NCBI GenBank assembly: GCA_963827815.1 | Contig: CAWHCL010000010.1 | Location: forward strand, 128,482 to 192,481 | DNA: 64,000 nucleotides | Direction: 5' to 3' | From: an uncultured Verrucomicrobiae bacterium | Lineage (GTDB): Bacteria; Verrucomicrobiota; Verrucomicrobiia; Limisphaerales; UBA11358 | Shown here: in pieces, positions 44,875 to 54,288 of the stretch | Numbering within the stretch: position 1 is the stretch's first letter | Layout of the letters: each line of letters starts with the position of its first letter | Notes under the pieces: generated by a model | Told to the model about the DNA's origin: nothing | The model's input: the letters and a program-made list of their open reading frames with translations, nothing else | Databases searched by the model: none | Made by a program: the position numbers and the translations under genes

Positions 44875-47388
44875 ATGAGGAACAGACTTTTTAAGATGGG
44901 CACGGGTCTGGCGGCGTTGACGGCGGTCTTTCTTTCCAGCGCCGCCGCGCAGCAGCCGGCCATGAAGACCTTGTCCGGCCATGTGCCGGCTGTGGTTTCC
45001 CGTTTGCAGGCAAAGGGGCTGCTGCCGGCCACGAACAACCTCTATCTGGCCATTGGCCTGCCGTTGCGCAACCGGGAGGCGCTCACCAATTTGCTTCAGC
45101 AAATCTATGATCCGGCCAGCTCCAATTATCATCATTACCTCACGCCGGAACAGTTCACCGCGCAATTTGGCCCGTCAGCGCAGGATTATCAGGCAGTGAT
45201 AAATTTTGCGAAGGCCGCTGGATTGACGGTTGTCGGTACGCACCCCAATCGCATGTTGCTGGACGTTGCCGGAAATGCCGCCGATGTCGGAAGGGCTTTC
45301 GGCGTAACGTTGCGCGTCTATCATCACCCGACGGAAAACCGCGACTTCTTTGCGCCGGATGCCGAGCCTTCCGTCCCTTCCGCTCTTCCGGTCCAGGATA
45401 TCAGCGGTTTGGATAGTTACCGCCGGCCGCATCCGAATTACAAACTCAAACCGGCAAACGTTCCCTCGAATGTGACGACGGGTTTGCAGGGGAATGTCAC
45501 GCCGAATGCCACCACCGGTTCCGGGCCGGCTGGCAATTACATCGGAAATGATTTTCGGAATGCCTATGTTCCCGGCACCTCGCTCGACGGAACCGGCCAG
45601 ACCATCGCCCTGGTTCAGTTCGATGGCTATCTGGCCAGCGACATCAGTGCTTATGAAAGTTTGGCTGGCCGCCCAAGTGTGCCGTTGCAAAACGTATTGA
45701 TAGACGGGTTTAATGGGTTGCCCACCGGCAATGGTGGGGAAGTTGAGGTGTCGCTCGATATTGAAATGGTGATTTCAATGGCGCCGGGGCTGTCCAAGGT
45801 GATTCTTTACGAAGGCGACCCCTATAATTTTCATCCGAATGATGTGCTGAACCGCATTGCATCGGACGACTCGGCTGCCCAGGTCAGTTGTTCTTGGGGT
45901 TGGACCGGTGGACCTACCCCGACCACCGACCAGATTTTTCAGCAAATGGCAGTTCAAGGCCAGACCTTCTTCACAGCTTCCGGTGATGGCGATGCCTATC
46001 CCGCAGGAACGGTTGATAGTCCATTTGGCTTTGGCACGCCTTCGGATAGCGCCTATTTGACTTCTGTTGGCGGCACAACCTTGAGGATGCAGGGTGCTGG
46101 TGCTTCCTATACTTCGGAAACTGTTTGGAATTGGGATGTCCGCTATGGCTCCGTTTATGATGGGGTCGGCAGCAGTGGTGGCATCAGCACCTACTATTCA
46201 ATTCCAAGCTGGCAGACCAATATCAACATGGCCAGACCGCAGGGCTCGACAACCTTCCGTAATTTCCCCGATGTGGCGCTGACGGCGGACGATGTTCTGG
46301 TCATTGCTGATGGCGGCCTCGAATACATCGGGGTGGGCGGCACCAGTTGCGCAACGCCGTTGTGGGCGGGTTTCACCGCGCTGGTCAATCAGTTGGCCGC
46401 GAGCGGGGGCCGCGCATCGGTCGGTTTTATCAATCCGGCGCTCTATGCCATCGCTACCGGGCCAAATTATGCAAATTGTTTTCACGACATCACCACCAGC
46501 AATAATAAATGGAGCGGCAGCCCGAATTTGTTTAACGCAACCAATGGCTACGACCTTTGCACCGGCTTGGGAACTCCCAACGGCACCAATTTGATCTTCG
46601 CCCTGGCTGCAACGGTTAATCCCATTACCCATGTTTCTGCGCCGGCGGGGCCTTATGGCTCCACTCTTGCCTCCCTTGACGGTGCAAACCCGAACGGCTC
46701 TTGGAATCTCTTCGAGTTGGATGACGGCGACTCGTTCGATTCTGGTGTGATCTCCAATGGATGGATCCTGGCCTTGACCACCGCCAATCCCGTCGGCGCG
46801 GCCGCGGATAATCAACTTTTGATGACGGCCTCCATTGGCACTGTGCCGGTTTTTAGCAATGGTGTTTATGTTCTTACGGTCACCAATTATGGGCCTTCCG
46901 TTTCCAGCAATGTGCTTGTGTCGGAAACCCTCCCGTTGGGTGTCACTTTGATTTCGGCAACGCCCACAATTGGGTCAACAAATCGCAGTGGGACATCGCT
47001 CACATGGAATGTCGGCAACCTCAACACCAACGCCGGTGGCCAGCTCACCGTGACCGTTCAGCCCGGCTCCGCCGGTTCTTTCACCAGCACCGCCATCGTC
47101 AATGCCAATACGCCCGATCCGAATCCTGATGACGATTTTGCCTCCGCTACCATCAACGCGGGCACCACCCCGCCGCCGCAGCTTTCCGGAACCGCAACGG
47201 CCGCCGGCGGCAAGTTCCTGTTCTCCATCACCAGCGCGGCGGGCCAGACCAATATCATTGAGACAACAACCAATCTGGCCGTCGGGCCTTGGGTTCCTAT
47301 ATTTACCAACATCGGTCCCTTCACCTTTACCAACTCGATTGTCCCGGGTCATCCCGACGTGTTCTTCCGTGACCGGATAGGTCCGTGA
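44875..47388 (+). CDS. secreted S53 (sedolisin/kumamolisin-type) serine peptidase with pro-domain, P-domain-like segment, DUF11-like repeat and C-terminal module (locus gene E)
   Basis: 837 aa, intact. Signal peptide. Pro-kumamolisin activation-domain-like region (YLTPEQFTAQFGPSAQDYQAVINFAKAAGLTV). Catalytic Ser context GVGGTSCATPLWAG. Then ...GANPNGSWNLFELDDGDSFDSG..., a DUF11-like segment, and it ends ...DVFFRDRIGP. Confidence 0.8.
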   Translation: MRNRLFKMGTGLAALTAVFLSSAAAQQPAMKTLSGHVPAVVSRLQAKGLLPATNNLYLAIGLPLRNREALTNLLQQIYDPASSNYHHYLTPEQFTAQFGPSAQDYQAVINFAKAAGLTVVGTHPNRMLLDVAGNAADVGRAFGVTLRVYHHPTENRDFFAPDAEPSVPSALPVQDISGLDSYRRPHPNYKLKPANVPSNVTTGLQGNVTPNATTGSGPAGNYIGNDFRNAYVPGTSLDGTGQTIALVQFDGYLASDISAYESLAGRPSVPLQNVLIDGFNGLPTGNGGEVEVSLDIEMVISMAPGLSKVILYEGDPYNFHPNDVLNRIASDDSAAQVSCSWGWTGGPTPTTDQIFQQMAVQGQTFFTASGDGDAYPAGTVDSPFGFGTPSDSAYLTSVGGTTLRMQGAGASYTSETVWNWDVRYGSVYDGVGSSGGISTYYSIPSWQTNINMARPQGSTTFRNFPDVALTADDVLVIADGGLEYIGVGGTSCATPLWAGFTALVNQLAASGGRASVGFINPALYAIATGPNYANCFHDITTSNNKWSGSPNLFNATNGYDLCTGLGTPNGTNLIFALAATVNPITHVSAPAGPYGSTLASLDGANPNGSWNLFELDDGDSFDSGVISNGWILALTTANPVGAAADNQLLMTASIGTVPVFSNGVYVLTVTNYGPSVSSNVLVSETLPLGVTLISATPTIGSTNRSGTSLTWNVGNLNTNAGGQLTVTVQPGSAGSFTSTAIVNANTPDPNPDDDFASATINAGTTPPPQLSGTATAAGGKFLFSITSAAGQTNIIETTTNLAVGPWVPIFTNIGPFTFTNSIVPGHPDVFFRDRIGP

Positions 47389-47401
47389 CGCGCCCCGCTC
47401 G

Positions 47402-48016
47402 ATGAAAGTCTGCGGACTCACCGGTGGTGTGGGCATGGGTAAATCCACCACCGCCGCGCTTCTCCGCAAGCACGGCGCGCAGGTCGTGGACACCGACGAA
47501 ATCGCACGCCAGCTCGTCCGGCCCGGGCAGCACGCCCTCGCAGCCATCCAGTCCGCCTTCGGCAAAAAGATCATCAGTCCCACCGGCGAACTGGACCGCG
47601 CTGGACTCGCCCGGATCGTCTTCGCGGACGCGGACGCCCGTAAACAACTCGAGGACATCCTCCATCCGCCCATCCGCGAACATTGGCTAGCCCAAATCGA
47701 AGCCTGGCGTGTCGCGCCAAAGCAGGGCGACGGCGGGTGCAGCGCAGGCCATTCGCTCGCCGTTGTGGTGATTCCATTGTTGTTTGAAACGCAGGCCGAA
47801 TCACACTTCGACAAAATCCTGTGTGCAGCGTGTTCCACTTCAGCCCAGCGCGAACGTCTGCTCGCTCGTGGCTGGTCATCGGAACAAATCCAACAACGCA
47901 TCGCCGCCCAGATGCCCGTCGAGCAGAAAATCGCCCGCGCCGATTTTGTGGTCTGGACCGACGGCACGCTGGACGCCCATGCCCTGCAGATTGATCGGAT
48001 TCTCGCCTCGCTCTGA
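47402..48016 (+). CDS. coaE: dephospho-CoA kinase
   Basis: 204 aa. Contains GLTGGVGMGKST and D.D.IAR.L..PG, typical of CoaE. Confidence 0.85.
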   Translation: MKVCGLTGGVGMGKSTTAALLRKHGAQVVDTDEIARQLVRPGQHALAAIQSAFGKKIISPTGELDRAGLARIVFADADARKQLEDILHPPIREHWLAQIEAWRVAPKQGDGGCSAGHSLAVVVIPLLFETQAESHFDKILCAACSTSAQRERLLARGWSSEQIQQRIAAQMPVEQKIARADFVVWTDGTLDAHALQIDRILASL

Positions 48017-48192
48017 CATTCGGCAGGACACACCCGCTCATTTTCCTCCCTCTCCGCTCCCTCCGAGGGAGGGGACTTGAGTTGCTTGGGAAGCAACGAA
48101 AGGAATTCGGCGAAGCCGAAGGCCCGCTGCGGGCCGAGTGAGCGGGCGCGAGCGAGTCATTGGGCCGGGGTGGTGCGTGGAACCCATCAGCT

Positions 48193-48290
48193 GATTAGCG
48201 TTTATAAGCGTCCATTAGCGGTTAAAAAATCCGTGTCCATCCGTGATCATCCGCCTGCCGCGCCGAAGTCAGACGAAGGGGGGTGGTTAA
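48193..48290. repeat. Mosaic intergenic repeat (ATTAGCG..TTAGCGGTTAAAAAATCCGTGTCCATCCGTG + CCGCCTGCCGCGCCGAA.TCAGA.GAAG..GGTGG hairpin)
   Basis: gattagcgtttataagcgtccattagcggttaaaaaatccgtgtccatccgtgatcatccgcctgccgcgccgaagtcagacgaaggggggtggttaa. The same modules recur at 50581-50887, 51727-51958, 54207-54273 and 54571-54642. Confidence 0.75.
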
Positions 48291-48383
48291 ACCATTTTCT
48301 CCTTCTCTGCTCCAAATGGATGCCGATTGTTTCAAACAATCAGCATTGGGTTTGTAAACAAACTTTGCTAACCTTTGCTCGTC

Positions 48384-50580
48384 ATGTTGCTGACCAAAGA
48401 TGAGTTGCGCAGCCTCGTTGGGTTGACGCACCAGTCGCCCCACACGCTGCTCGGAATGCACCCGCTCGGCGACGGTTCCGGTCTCGTCGTCCGTGCCCTG
48501 CTCCCCGACGCCGCCAAGGTCGAAATCCAGCCCACCCACGAAAAGGACAAACCGAAGTTGGATCTGAAACGGATTCCTAAAACCGATGTCTTCGAGGCCG
48601 TCACCAAATCGGCGGACAAGGTTTATGCCTATGATTTGGTCATTACCAATCATCAGGGACAGACGCGCCGCACGCGAGATGCGTTTTCCTTTCTGCCGAC
48701 TCTCGGCGAATCGGATTTGTTCCTCTTCGGCAAGGGTGACGAACGTAAAATCTTCGAGAAGCTCGGCGCTCAATTACGCACGATTGACGGTGTTCATGGC
48801 GCCAGCTTCGCCGTTTGGGCGCCGAACGCCCAGCGCGTCAGCGTCGTCGGTGACTTCAATAATTGGGACGGGCGGTTTCATCCCATGCGGCTGCTGGGCG
48901 CGTCCGGTGTCTGGGAAATCTTCATTCCCGGCGTCGGACAGGGCGCCCATTACAAATTCGAGATTCGCGATGCCCACGGCGACATCAAGTTGAACACCGA
49001 CCCCTTCGGGTTCTTCTTCGAGGTCGCGCCCAAGCAGGCCGCCATTGTCTGGGACAGCAAACATTTCAAGTGGAACGACGCCGCCTGGCTCAAGAAACGA
49101 CGCGAGCGCGACGCGCTGCGCTCGCCGATGAGCGTCTATGAGGTCCACGTCGGCTCGTGGCAGAAAAAATCGGCGAATGAATCGTGGAGCTACCGCGAAC
49201 TGGCAAAACCGCTCGTCGAATACGTCACGCGCCTCGGCTTCACGCACGTCGAATTTCTGCCCGTGGCCGAGCACGCCTATTATCCGTCGTGGGGCTATCA
49301 GGTCACCGGATTTTACGCGCCCACCAGCCGGTTCGGTACGCCGGACGATTTCCGGTTTCTCGTCAACGCGCTGCATGAGGCCGGCATCGGCGTCATCGTG
49401 GACTGGGTGCCAGCGCATTTCCCGCGCGACGACCTGGGCGCTCGCAAAGTTCGACGGCACCGCCCTGTTCGAGCACGAGGACCCCCGCAAAGGAGCGCAT
49501 CAGGACTGGGGTACCCTCATTTTCAATTTCGGCCGGAATGAAGTCTCCAATTTTCTCGTCGCCAACGCGCTGTTCTGGTGCGAGCGATTTCACATTGACG
49601 GCCTGCGCGTGGACGCCGTGGCCTCGATGCTTTATCTCGATTACTCGCGCAAGGAGGGTCAGTGGATTCCAAACCAGTTCGGCGGGCGCGAAAATCTGGA
49701 GGCGATTGAATTCCTGAAAAAGTTCAACCACATCACGCACACGGAGTTTCCCGGCGTGATGACCATTGCCGAGGAATCCACCGCATGGCCGTTGGTGACG
49801 CGCCCGCCGTATCTCGGTGGCCTCGGCTTCTCCTTCAAGTGGAACATGGGCTGGATGCACGATACCCTCGGCTACTTCAAGCGCGAGCCGGTCCATCGCA
49901 AATATCACCAGAACGATCTCACGTTCGCGATGCTCTACCATTTCAACGAAAACTTCATCCTGCCGCTCTCCCATGACGAGGTGGTTCATGGCAAGCTTTC
50001 CTTGATTGGCCGTATGCCTGGCGACGATTGGCAGAAATTTGCCAATCTTCGTGCATTACTAGCCTATCAATGGCTGTTCCCAGGCAAAAAATTGGTGTTC
50101 ATGGGCGGCGAAATCGGCCAGCGCGCCGAGTGGAACGAGAACGCCCAATTGGATTGGTGGCTGCTCGACGCCGGGCCGTTCCATCGCGGCCTGCAAAAAT
50201 TTGTATGCGATTTGAACCGGCTTTATGCCGCAACGCCCGCGCTATGGCAGGCGGATTACGACCACGCTGGTTTCTGGTGGATTGACTGTAACGACCGTGA
50301 AAACAGCATTCTTTCGTTCATGCGCCAGACAGCCGATGGTGCGAACCAGGTCGCGGTCATCCTGAATCTCACGCCGGTCCCGCGTCCGGGTTATCGCATC
50401 GGCCTGCCTCGCGCGGGCAAATGGCGCGAAGTGCTGAACAGCGACGCCGGAATCTACGGCGGAAGCAACAAGGGCAATTTGGGCGGCGTTACGGCGGGAA
50501 ACATTCCATGCCACGGCCAGCAGCATTCGGCCGAATTGTATCTGCCACCGCTAAGCGTTATCGCATTTGTCCCGGAATAG
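48384..50580 (+). pseudogene. glgB: 1,4-alpha-glucan branching enzyme, one frameshift as assembled
   Basis: The two ORF pieces (48375-49541 and 49138-50580) join at ~49433-49434 (..VPAHFPRDD|[17 protein letters not shown]..) with one extra C. GH13 motifs: [30 protein letters not shown]. Confidence 0.85.
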
Positions 50581-50887
50581 TGGGACTCGGCGGCTAATAT
50601 TCTGTGCCTCTTCGTATCTTTCGTGGTTAACGATTAGCGTCCATTAGCGGTTAAAAATCCCTGTCCCCTTTGGGACTCCATATTGTGGAGGCTCTTCATT
50701 CGATGTTCAAAGTTCGGTGTTGGATGTTCGATGTTTTCCATTTCAGCAGTTATATCCGTGTCCATTCGCCTGCCGCGTCGAAATCAGATGAAGGTGGATG
50801 GTTGCTTCTCCTGTATTCTATTAGCGTTTATTAGCGGAAATTAGCGGTTAAAAAATCCGTGTTTGTCCGTGTCCATCCGTGGTTAGA
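50581..50887. repeat. Intergenic region composed almost entirely of the mosaic repeat family
   Basis: It contains five module types: ttcgtatctttcgtggttaa; attagcgtccattagcggttaaaaatcc; gatgttcaaagttcggtgttggatgttcgatgtt; atccgtgtccattcgcctgccgcgtcgaaatcagatgaaggtggatgg; attagcgtttattagcggaaattagcggttaaaaaatccgtgtttgtccgtgtccatccgtggtta. Confidence 0.75.
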
Positions 50888-50964
50888 AAGATCCTTACCC
50901 TCGGCGTCTTGGCATTCGACCCGGTTGAAAATAATTCGCGTAAATTCGTGTCTCGTATCCTCGG

Positions 50965-51669
50965 CTAAAGTGCTGGAAACCTATCCAATTTCGGCACAAC
51001 GCCTGTCCGCGCATCCGGTTGAAATTCCGCCGTGAGCCAGTGGGCGGTAAAGGTCGTCTTGCCCGCCAGCGCCAGCGATTCCAGCATCTCCCAATCCGTG
51101 AGGTCGTATGCTGCAAAGCTGTGCCGGTAGAAATGCCACGTCTCCGGATCGCTCTCAAACGGGCGCAGGCCGATGCTTAGTTTCCACTTGAGCGCGGTCC
51201 GCACGGCCCCCCAATCGGCGTCGTTGAAGACCATGCGGCCTGGCACGAGCCGTTGATGCAATTTCGCCGCTGTGGATTCGTTTTTGACGACGGCAATCAC
51301 GTCCAGTGAATCTTCCGTCGTGTGCAGCAGCAATAGTGGCGGCTGGAATGTGGCTTGGATGTAGGTTTGATTCGTCAACGCCGTCACCGCGTCAAGCAAC
51401 GAAGGATTGGCATTGGTCAGCGTCGCATGCGCCCGCCGGAAAAAATAAAGCTCATCCGTTGCGCCCGGCATGAAAATGAGTGCCTTCACGACACCGTTGG
51501 ATTGAAATGCGCCCAGCATCAATGGCACACAGTTCGTCCGGTTCAATTCCGTCACGCCCGCAGCCAGCGGCATTTGCCCGAGCGCATCCTGCCATGGTTC
51601 GCCAGCAAACGCGCCTTGTGCTGTAATAAGCAGGAGGATTAAACCGCTCCATGTTGTGAGGTTCTTCAT
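50965..51669 (-). CDS. hypothetical secreted protein
   Basis: ORF trimmed to the ATG at 51669. Signal peptide MKNLTTWSGLILLLITAQGAFA. I recognise no family. Confidence 0.5.
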   Translation of the reverse strand: MKNLTTWSGLILLLITAQGAFAGEPWQDALGQMPLAAGVTELNRTNCVPLMLGAFQSNGVVKALIFMPGATDELYFFRRAHATLTNANPSLLDAVTALTNQTYIQATFQPPLLLLHTTEDSLDVIAVVKNESTAAKLHQRLVPGRMVFNDADWGAVRTALKWKLSIGLRPFESDPETWHFYRHSFAAYDLTDWEMLESLALAGKTTFTAHWLTAEFQPDARTGVVPKLDRFPAL

Positions 51670-51726
51670 TCCGGTCGCCAAAAGTAGCCATCTGCCCTCA
51701 CGCCGTCAACGTCCGCCCCGTACAAC

Positions 51727-51958
51727 ATCCGTGTTTATCCGTGTCCACCCGCCTGCCGCGCCGAAATCAGATGAAGACGGGTGGTTGAACTGTCTTCTCC
51801 CTCTCCTCCCCAAGAGGAGGAGAGGGCCGGGGTGAGGAGACCGTTCACTTCTGTTATCTTGCCGCCCATTTCAGCTTTCAGCATTTCAGTGTTTCAGTTC
51901 TTCTTCGTGTATTTCGTGGTTAATAAATCCGTGTTTATCCGTGTCCACCCGTGGTTTA
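51727..51958. repeat. Mosaic intergenic repeats upstream of xth
   Basis: It contains four module types: atccgtgtttatccgtgtccacccgcctgccgcgccgaaatcagatgaagacgggtgg; a GEG/SPLP-type palindrome at 51794-51840 (related to the ligA insert); tttcag iterations; ttcgtgtatttcgtggttaataaatccgtgtttatccgtgtccacccgtggtt. Confidence 0.75.
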
Positions 51959-51968
51959 TCCTCTGCTC

Positions 51969-52724
51969 ATGAAACTGATTTCATGGAACGTCAACGGCCT
52001 GCGCGCAGTGCTGAAGAAAAACTTTCTGGAGTTTCTCGACGCCGAGAAGCCCGACGTCCTTTGCCTGCAGGAAACCAAATGCACGCCTGACCAGGTGGAG
52101 CAACTCTGGCCTGCCAAATACACCACCTACTGGAACAGCGCGGAGAAAAAGGGCTACTCCGGCACGGCCATCTTCACCAAGATGCGACCGCTCAATGTCA
52201 TCCCGCACATTGACATCGCCGAGCATGACAGGGAAGGCCGCGTCCTCGCCGCCGAGTTCGCCGATTTCTTCCTCGTGAACGTTTATGTGCCGAACTCCAA
52301 GCGCGATTTGTCGCGCCTGGCTTACCGCCAGAAATGGGACAAAGACTTTCTGGCGTACCTGAAAAAGCTGGAGAAACGAAAGCCCGTGATTTTCTGCGGC
52401 GACCTGAATGTGGCGCACACCGAGATTGACCTCGCCAATCCCAAGGCCAACGTCCACAACCACGGCTTCACCGATCGAGGAGCGCGACTGGCTTTGACTC
52501 GCTTTGTGAAGGGCGGTTTCCTCGACACCTTCCGCGAATTCGAGCAGGGCGGGGGACATTACAGTTGGTGGAGCGTAATGGGCGGCGCTCGCTCCCGCAA
52601 CGTCGGCTGGCGCATTGATTACTTCCTCGTCTCCAAGGCGTTGCGCCCGCGCCTCAAACGCGCCTTCATCCGCCCGGAAGTGACAGGCAGCGACCATTGC
52701 CCCGTGGGCATCGAAATCGCCTGA
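51969..52724 (+). CDS. xth: exodeoxyribonuclease III
   Basis: ORF trimmed to the ATG at 51969 (MKLISWNVNGLRA...). Contains CLQETK, GYSG.A, NVY.PN, GDLNVAH..IDL, and a C-terminal SDHCPV. See the finding on the 52476-52496 patch. Confidence 0.85.
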   Translation: MKLISWNVNGLRAVLKKNFLEFLDAEKPDVLCLQETKCTPDQVEQLWPAKYTTYWNSAEKKGYSGTAIFTKMRPLNVIPHIDIAEHDREGRVLAAEFADFFLVNVYVPNSKRDLSRLAYRQKWDKDFLAYLKKLEKRKPVIFCGDLNVAHTEIDLANPKANVHNHGFTDRGARLALTRFVKGGFLDTFREFEQGGGHYSWWSVMGGARSRNVGWRIDYFLVSKALRPRLKRAFIRPEVTGSDHCPVGIEIA

Positions 52725-52735
52725 CGCTTTTAAGA

Positions 52736-53938
52736 CTATTTGCGCCCTCGAAATTCATCCATCAACTTGAGGATGCCCTCGCGGATTTCAAACAACTCTT
52801 TCCTCGCTTCAGTAATCATTTTCCCCGGCAAAAGCCGTTTCGGTGCGACAGCTTCAAGTCCGGCCTGTGATTTGTGCAAATGATCCAGTGCGCGTTTCAG
52901 GCACGCAACGGTGAACGCCGGATTGGCAGTGCCGCGGTCTTGGGCGATGCCGTTCAGCGCGCCCGCCAGTTTTGCACCCGTTGTTTGAAATTCAAAGATG
53001 AACTGCTGTAAATCATCATCCTCGCATTTCTTCAACCCTAGCTCGTCGGTTTCATGCCAGAACTTCACCGCGCTTTCAAAGCAACGATGCTGGAGCGGAT
53101 GCCGGATGTCGCCATCCTTCGTGCGAATCCAGTCAATCCCCTCGCGATGCGGTTCGGGTTCAGGCGGCGGCTCGTTCAATGCTTCCTCGCACGCGCGATT
53201 CATTTCCTCGATCCGCTGGTTTTCTTCCTCGGCCTCCTCCTCCGTCAACTCGCGCAACCAGCCCATCTCTTTCGCAATTTTTTCCTCGGCCTCGTCAGAG
53301 TCGCCGTATTTCTCCAGAAGTTCCATGTGTTTGTCCGTGCGCGCGTCGGATTCCTTCAGAAACTTCTCATAATCGTGTTCGTCCCATTCCGCTTCCGGGT
53401 CTTTCTGCCCCCGTTGATGTCGCTCGATGGCCTCGGTTAACTTCCGCATGAAATCATCCATGCCGACCGCGGCTTGTTTTGCGCGCTCCGCGTCCTCTTC
53501 AGGCGTAAGCCGCCATTCCGGCGCTGAAATGTTCAACTTGTAATCCGTGCTTTCGATCACCACGCGCCCGTTTTGTTCGCTGAACCATTCGAGGTAAAGC
53601 GAATTGGCCATGTGTTCCGGTGGTTTCTCCCCGCGCTTGCACATCAGGTAGGCTTCCGGCATTGGAATGTCAAACACGCGAACTTTCCGCGACGCCGTGA
53701 GGTCGCCGATGCTGCCGCGCTGGATGGGATTCAATGTGCCAATGTGTGGGTGTGGAATGCGTTTGAGCGGATTGGTGAAGGTGAGCAGACAACCGGCGAG
53801 ATCGGGCCAGGCATTGCCCTTGAGTTCGAGAATCACCGGCTCGGCGCGTCCTTCGACCCAGATTTTACCGCGAACAATCCCCTTCACGCGGTTGTCAATC
53901 TCGCCACGAATCACGCTGTCATGAATGCGCCAGGCCAT
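52736..53938 (-). CDS. conserved-looking hypothetical protein with acidic coiled-coil centre
   Basis: ORF trimmed to the ATG at 53938 (MAWRIHDSVIRGEIDNR...). About 400 aa with a Glu/Asp-rich middle. I recognise no family. Confidence 0.5.
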   Translation of the reverse strand: MAWRIHDSVIRGEIDNRVKGIVRGKIWVEGRAEPVILELKGNAWPDLAGCLLTFTNPLKRIPHPHIGTLNPIQRGSIGDLTASRKVRVFDIPMPEAYLMCKRGEKPPEHMANSLYLEWFSEQNGRVVIESTDYKLNISAPEWRLTPEEDAERAKQAAVGMDDFMRKLTEAIERHQRGQKDPEAEWDEHDYEKFLKESDARTDKHMELLEKYGDSDEAEEKIAKEMGWLRELTEEEAEEENQRIEEMNRACEEALNEPPPEPEPHREGIDWIRTKDGDIRHPLQHRCFESAVKFWHETDELGLKKCEDDDLQQFIFEFQTTGAKLAGALNGIAQDRGTANPAFTVACLKRALDHLHKSQAGLEAVAPKRLLPGKMITEARKELFEIREGILKLMDEFRGRK

Positions 53939-54206
53939 GCGCGCAGAATAATCACAGCACGTGCGCAGCGCAAAAGAGTTTTTTGACTGTTGATTTCTCG
54001 GGCCGCCCTGTATTGAAACGGCCTTGTAGTGTATCATAAAAAATGATACTTTTTGTGCTTGCGTTGCCGACTGGCTGATGGCATTATGCGCCGGTTCTTT
54101 GATATAAGAATTTGATTTATCCCGTTCACCTGGTACAAAGCCGGTATTGTGCGTTGCAGCGACGACCCCTCGTCGCCGCAACCCCGCTCCCTTGTTCCCT
54201 TTGCGC

Positions 54207-54273
54207 CTTCAGCATCTTTCCGTTCTTTGTGCTTTTTTTGCGGCTAATACCAATCCGTGTCTATCCGTGGTTG
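54207..54273. repeat. Copy of the CCGTGT.TATCCGTGGTT repeat module
   Basis: ccttcagcatctttccgttctttgtgctttttttgcggctaataccaatccgtgtctatccgtggttg. Confidence 0.6.
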
Positions 54274-54288
54274 AAAAAATTGAATTTA

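Noticed and set aside
44650-46800. Idea that the C-terminus of gene D (..NGVYKPTRYGGAPIFP*) and the post-catalytic segment of gene E (APAGPYGSTLASLDGANPNGSWNLFELDDGDSFDSG) are two halves of one split P-domain, implying gene fission
   Set aside because: The two segments are separated by gene E's own signal peptide, pro-domain and catalytic domain (~1.7 kb), so a simple split or misassembled junction cannot connect them. They more likely reflect independent P-domain-like modules.
46975-48096. 373-aa minus-strand ORF across the sedolisin 3' end and coaE
   Set aside because: It is antisense to two confidently assigned genes and has no motifs.
50581-50887. CRISPR-like appearance of repeated short units (also 54353-54390)
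   Set aside because: The units are heterogeneous mosaic modules or 10-bp tandem repeats with no unique spacers of 25-40 bp between them, and no cas genes are in the window.
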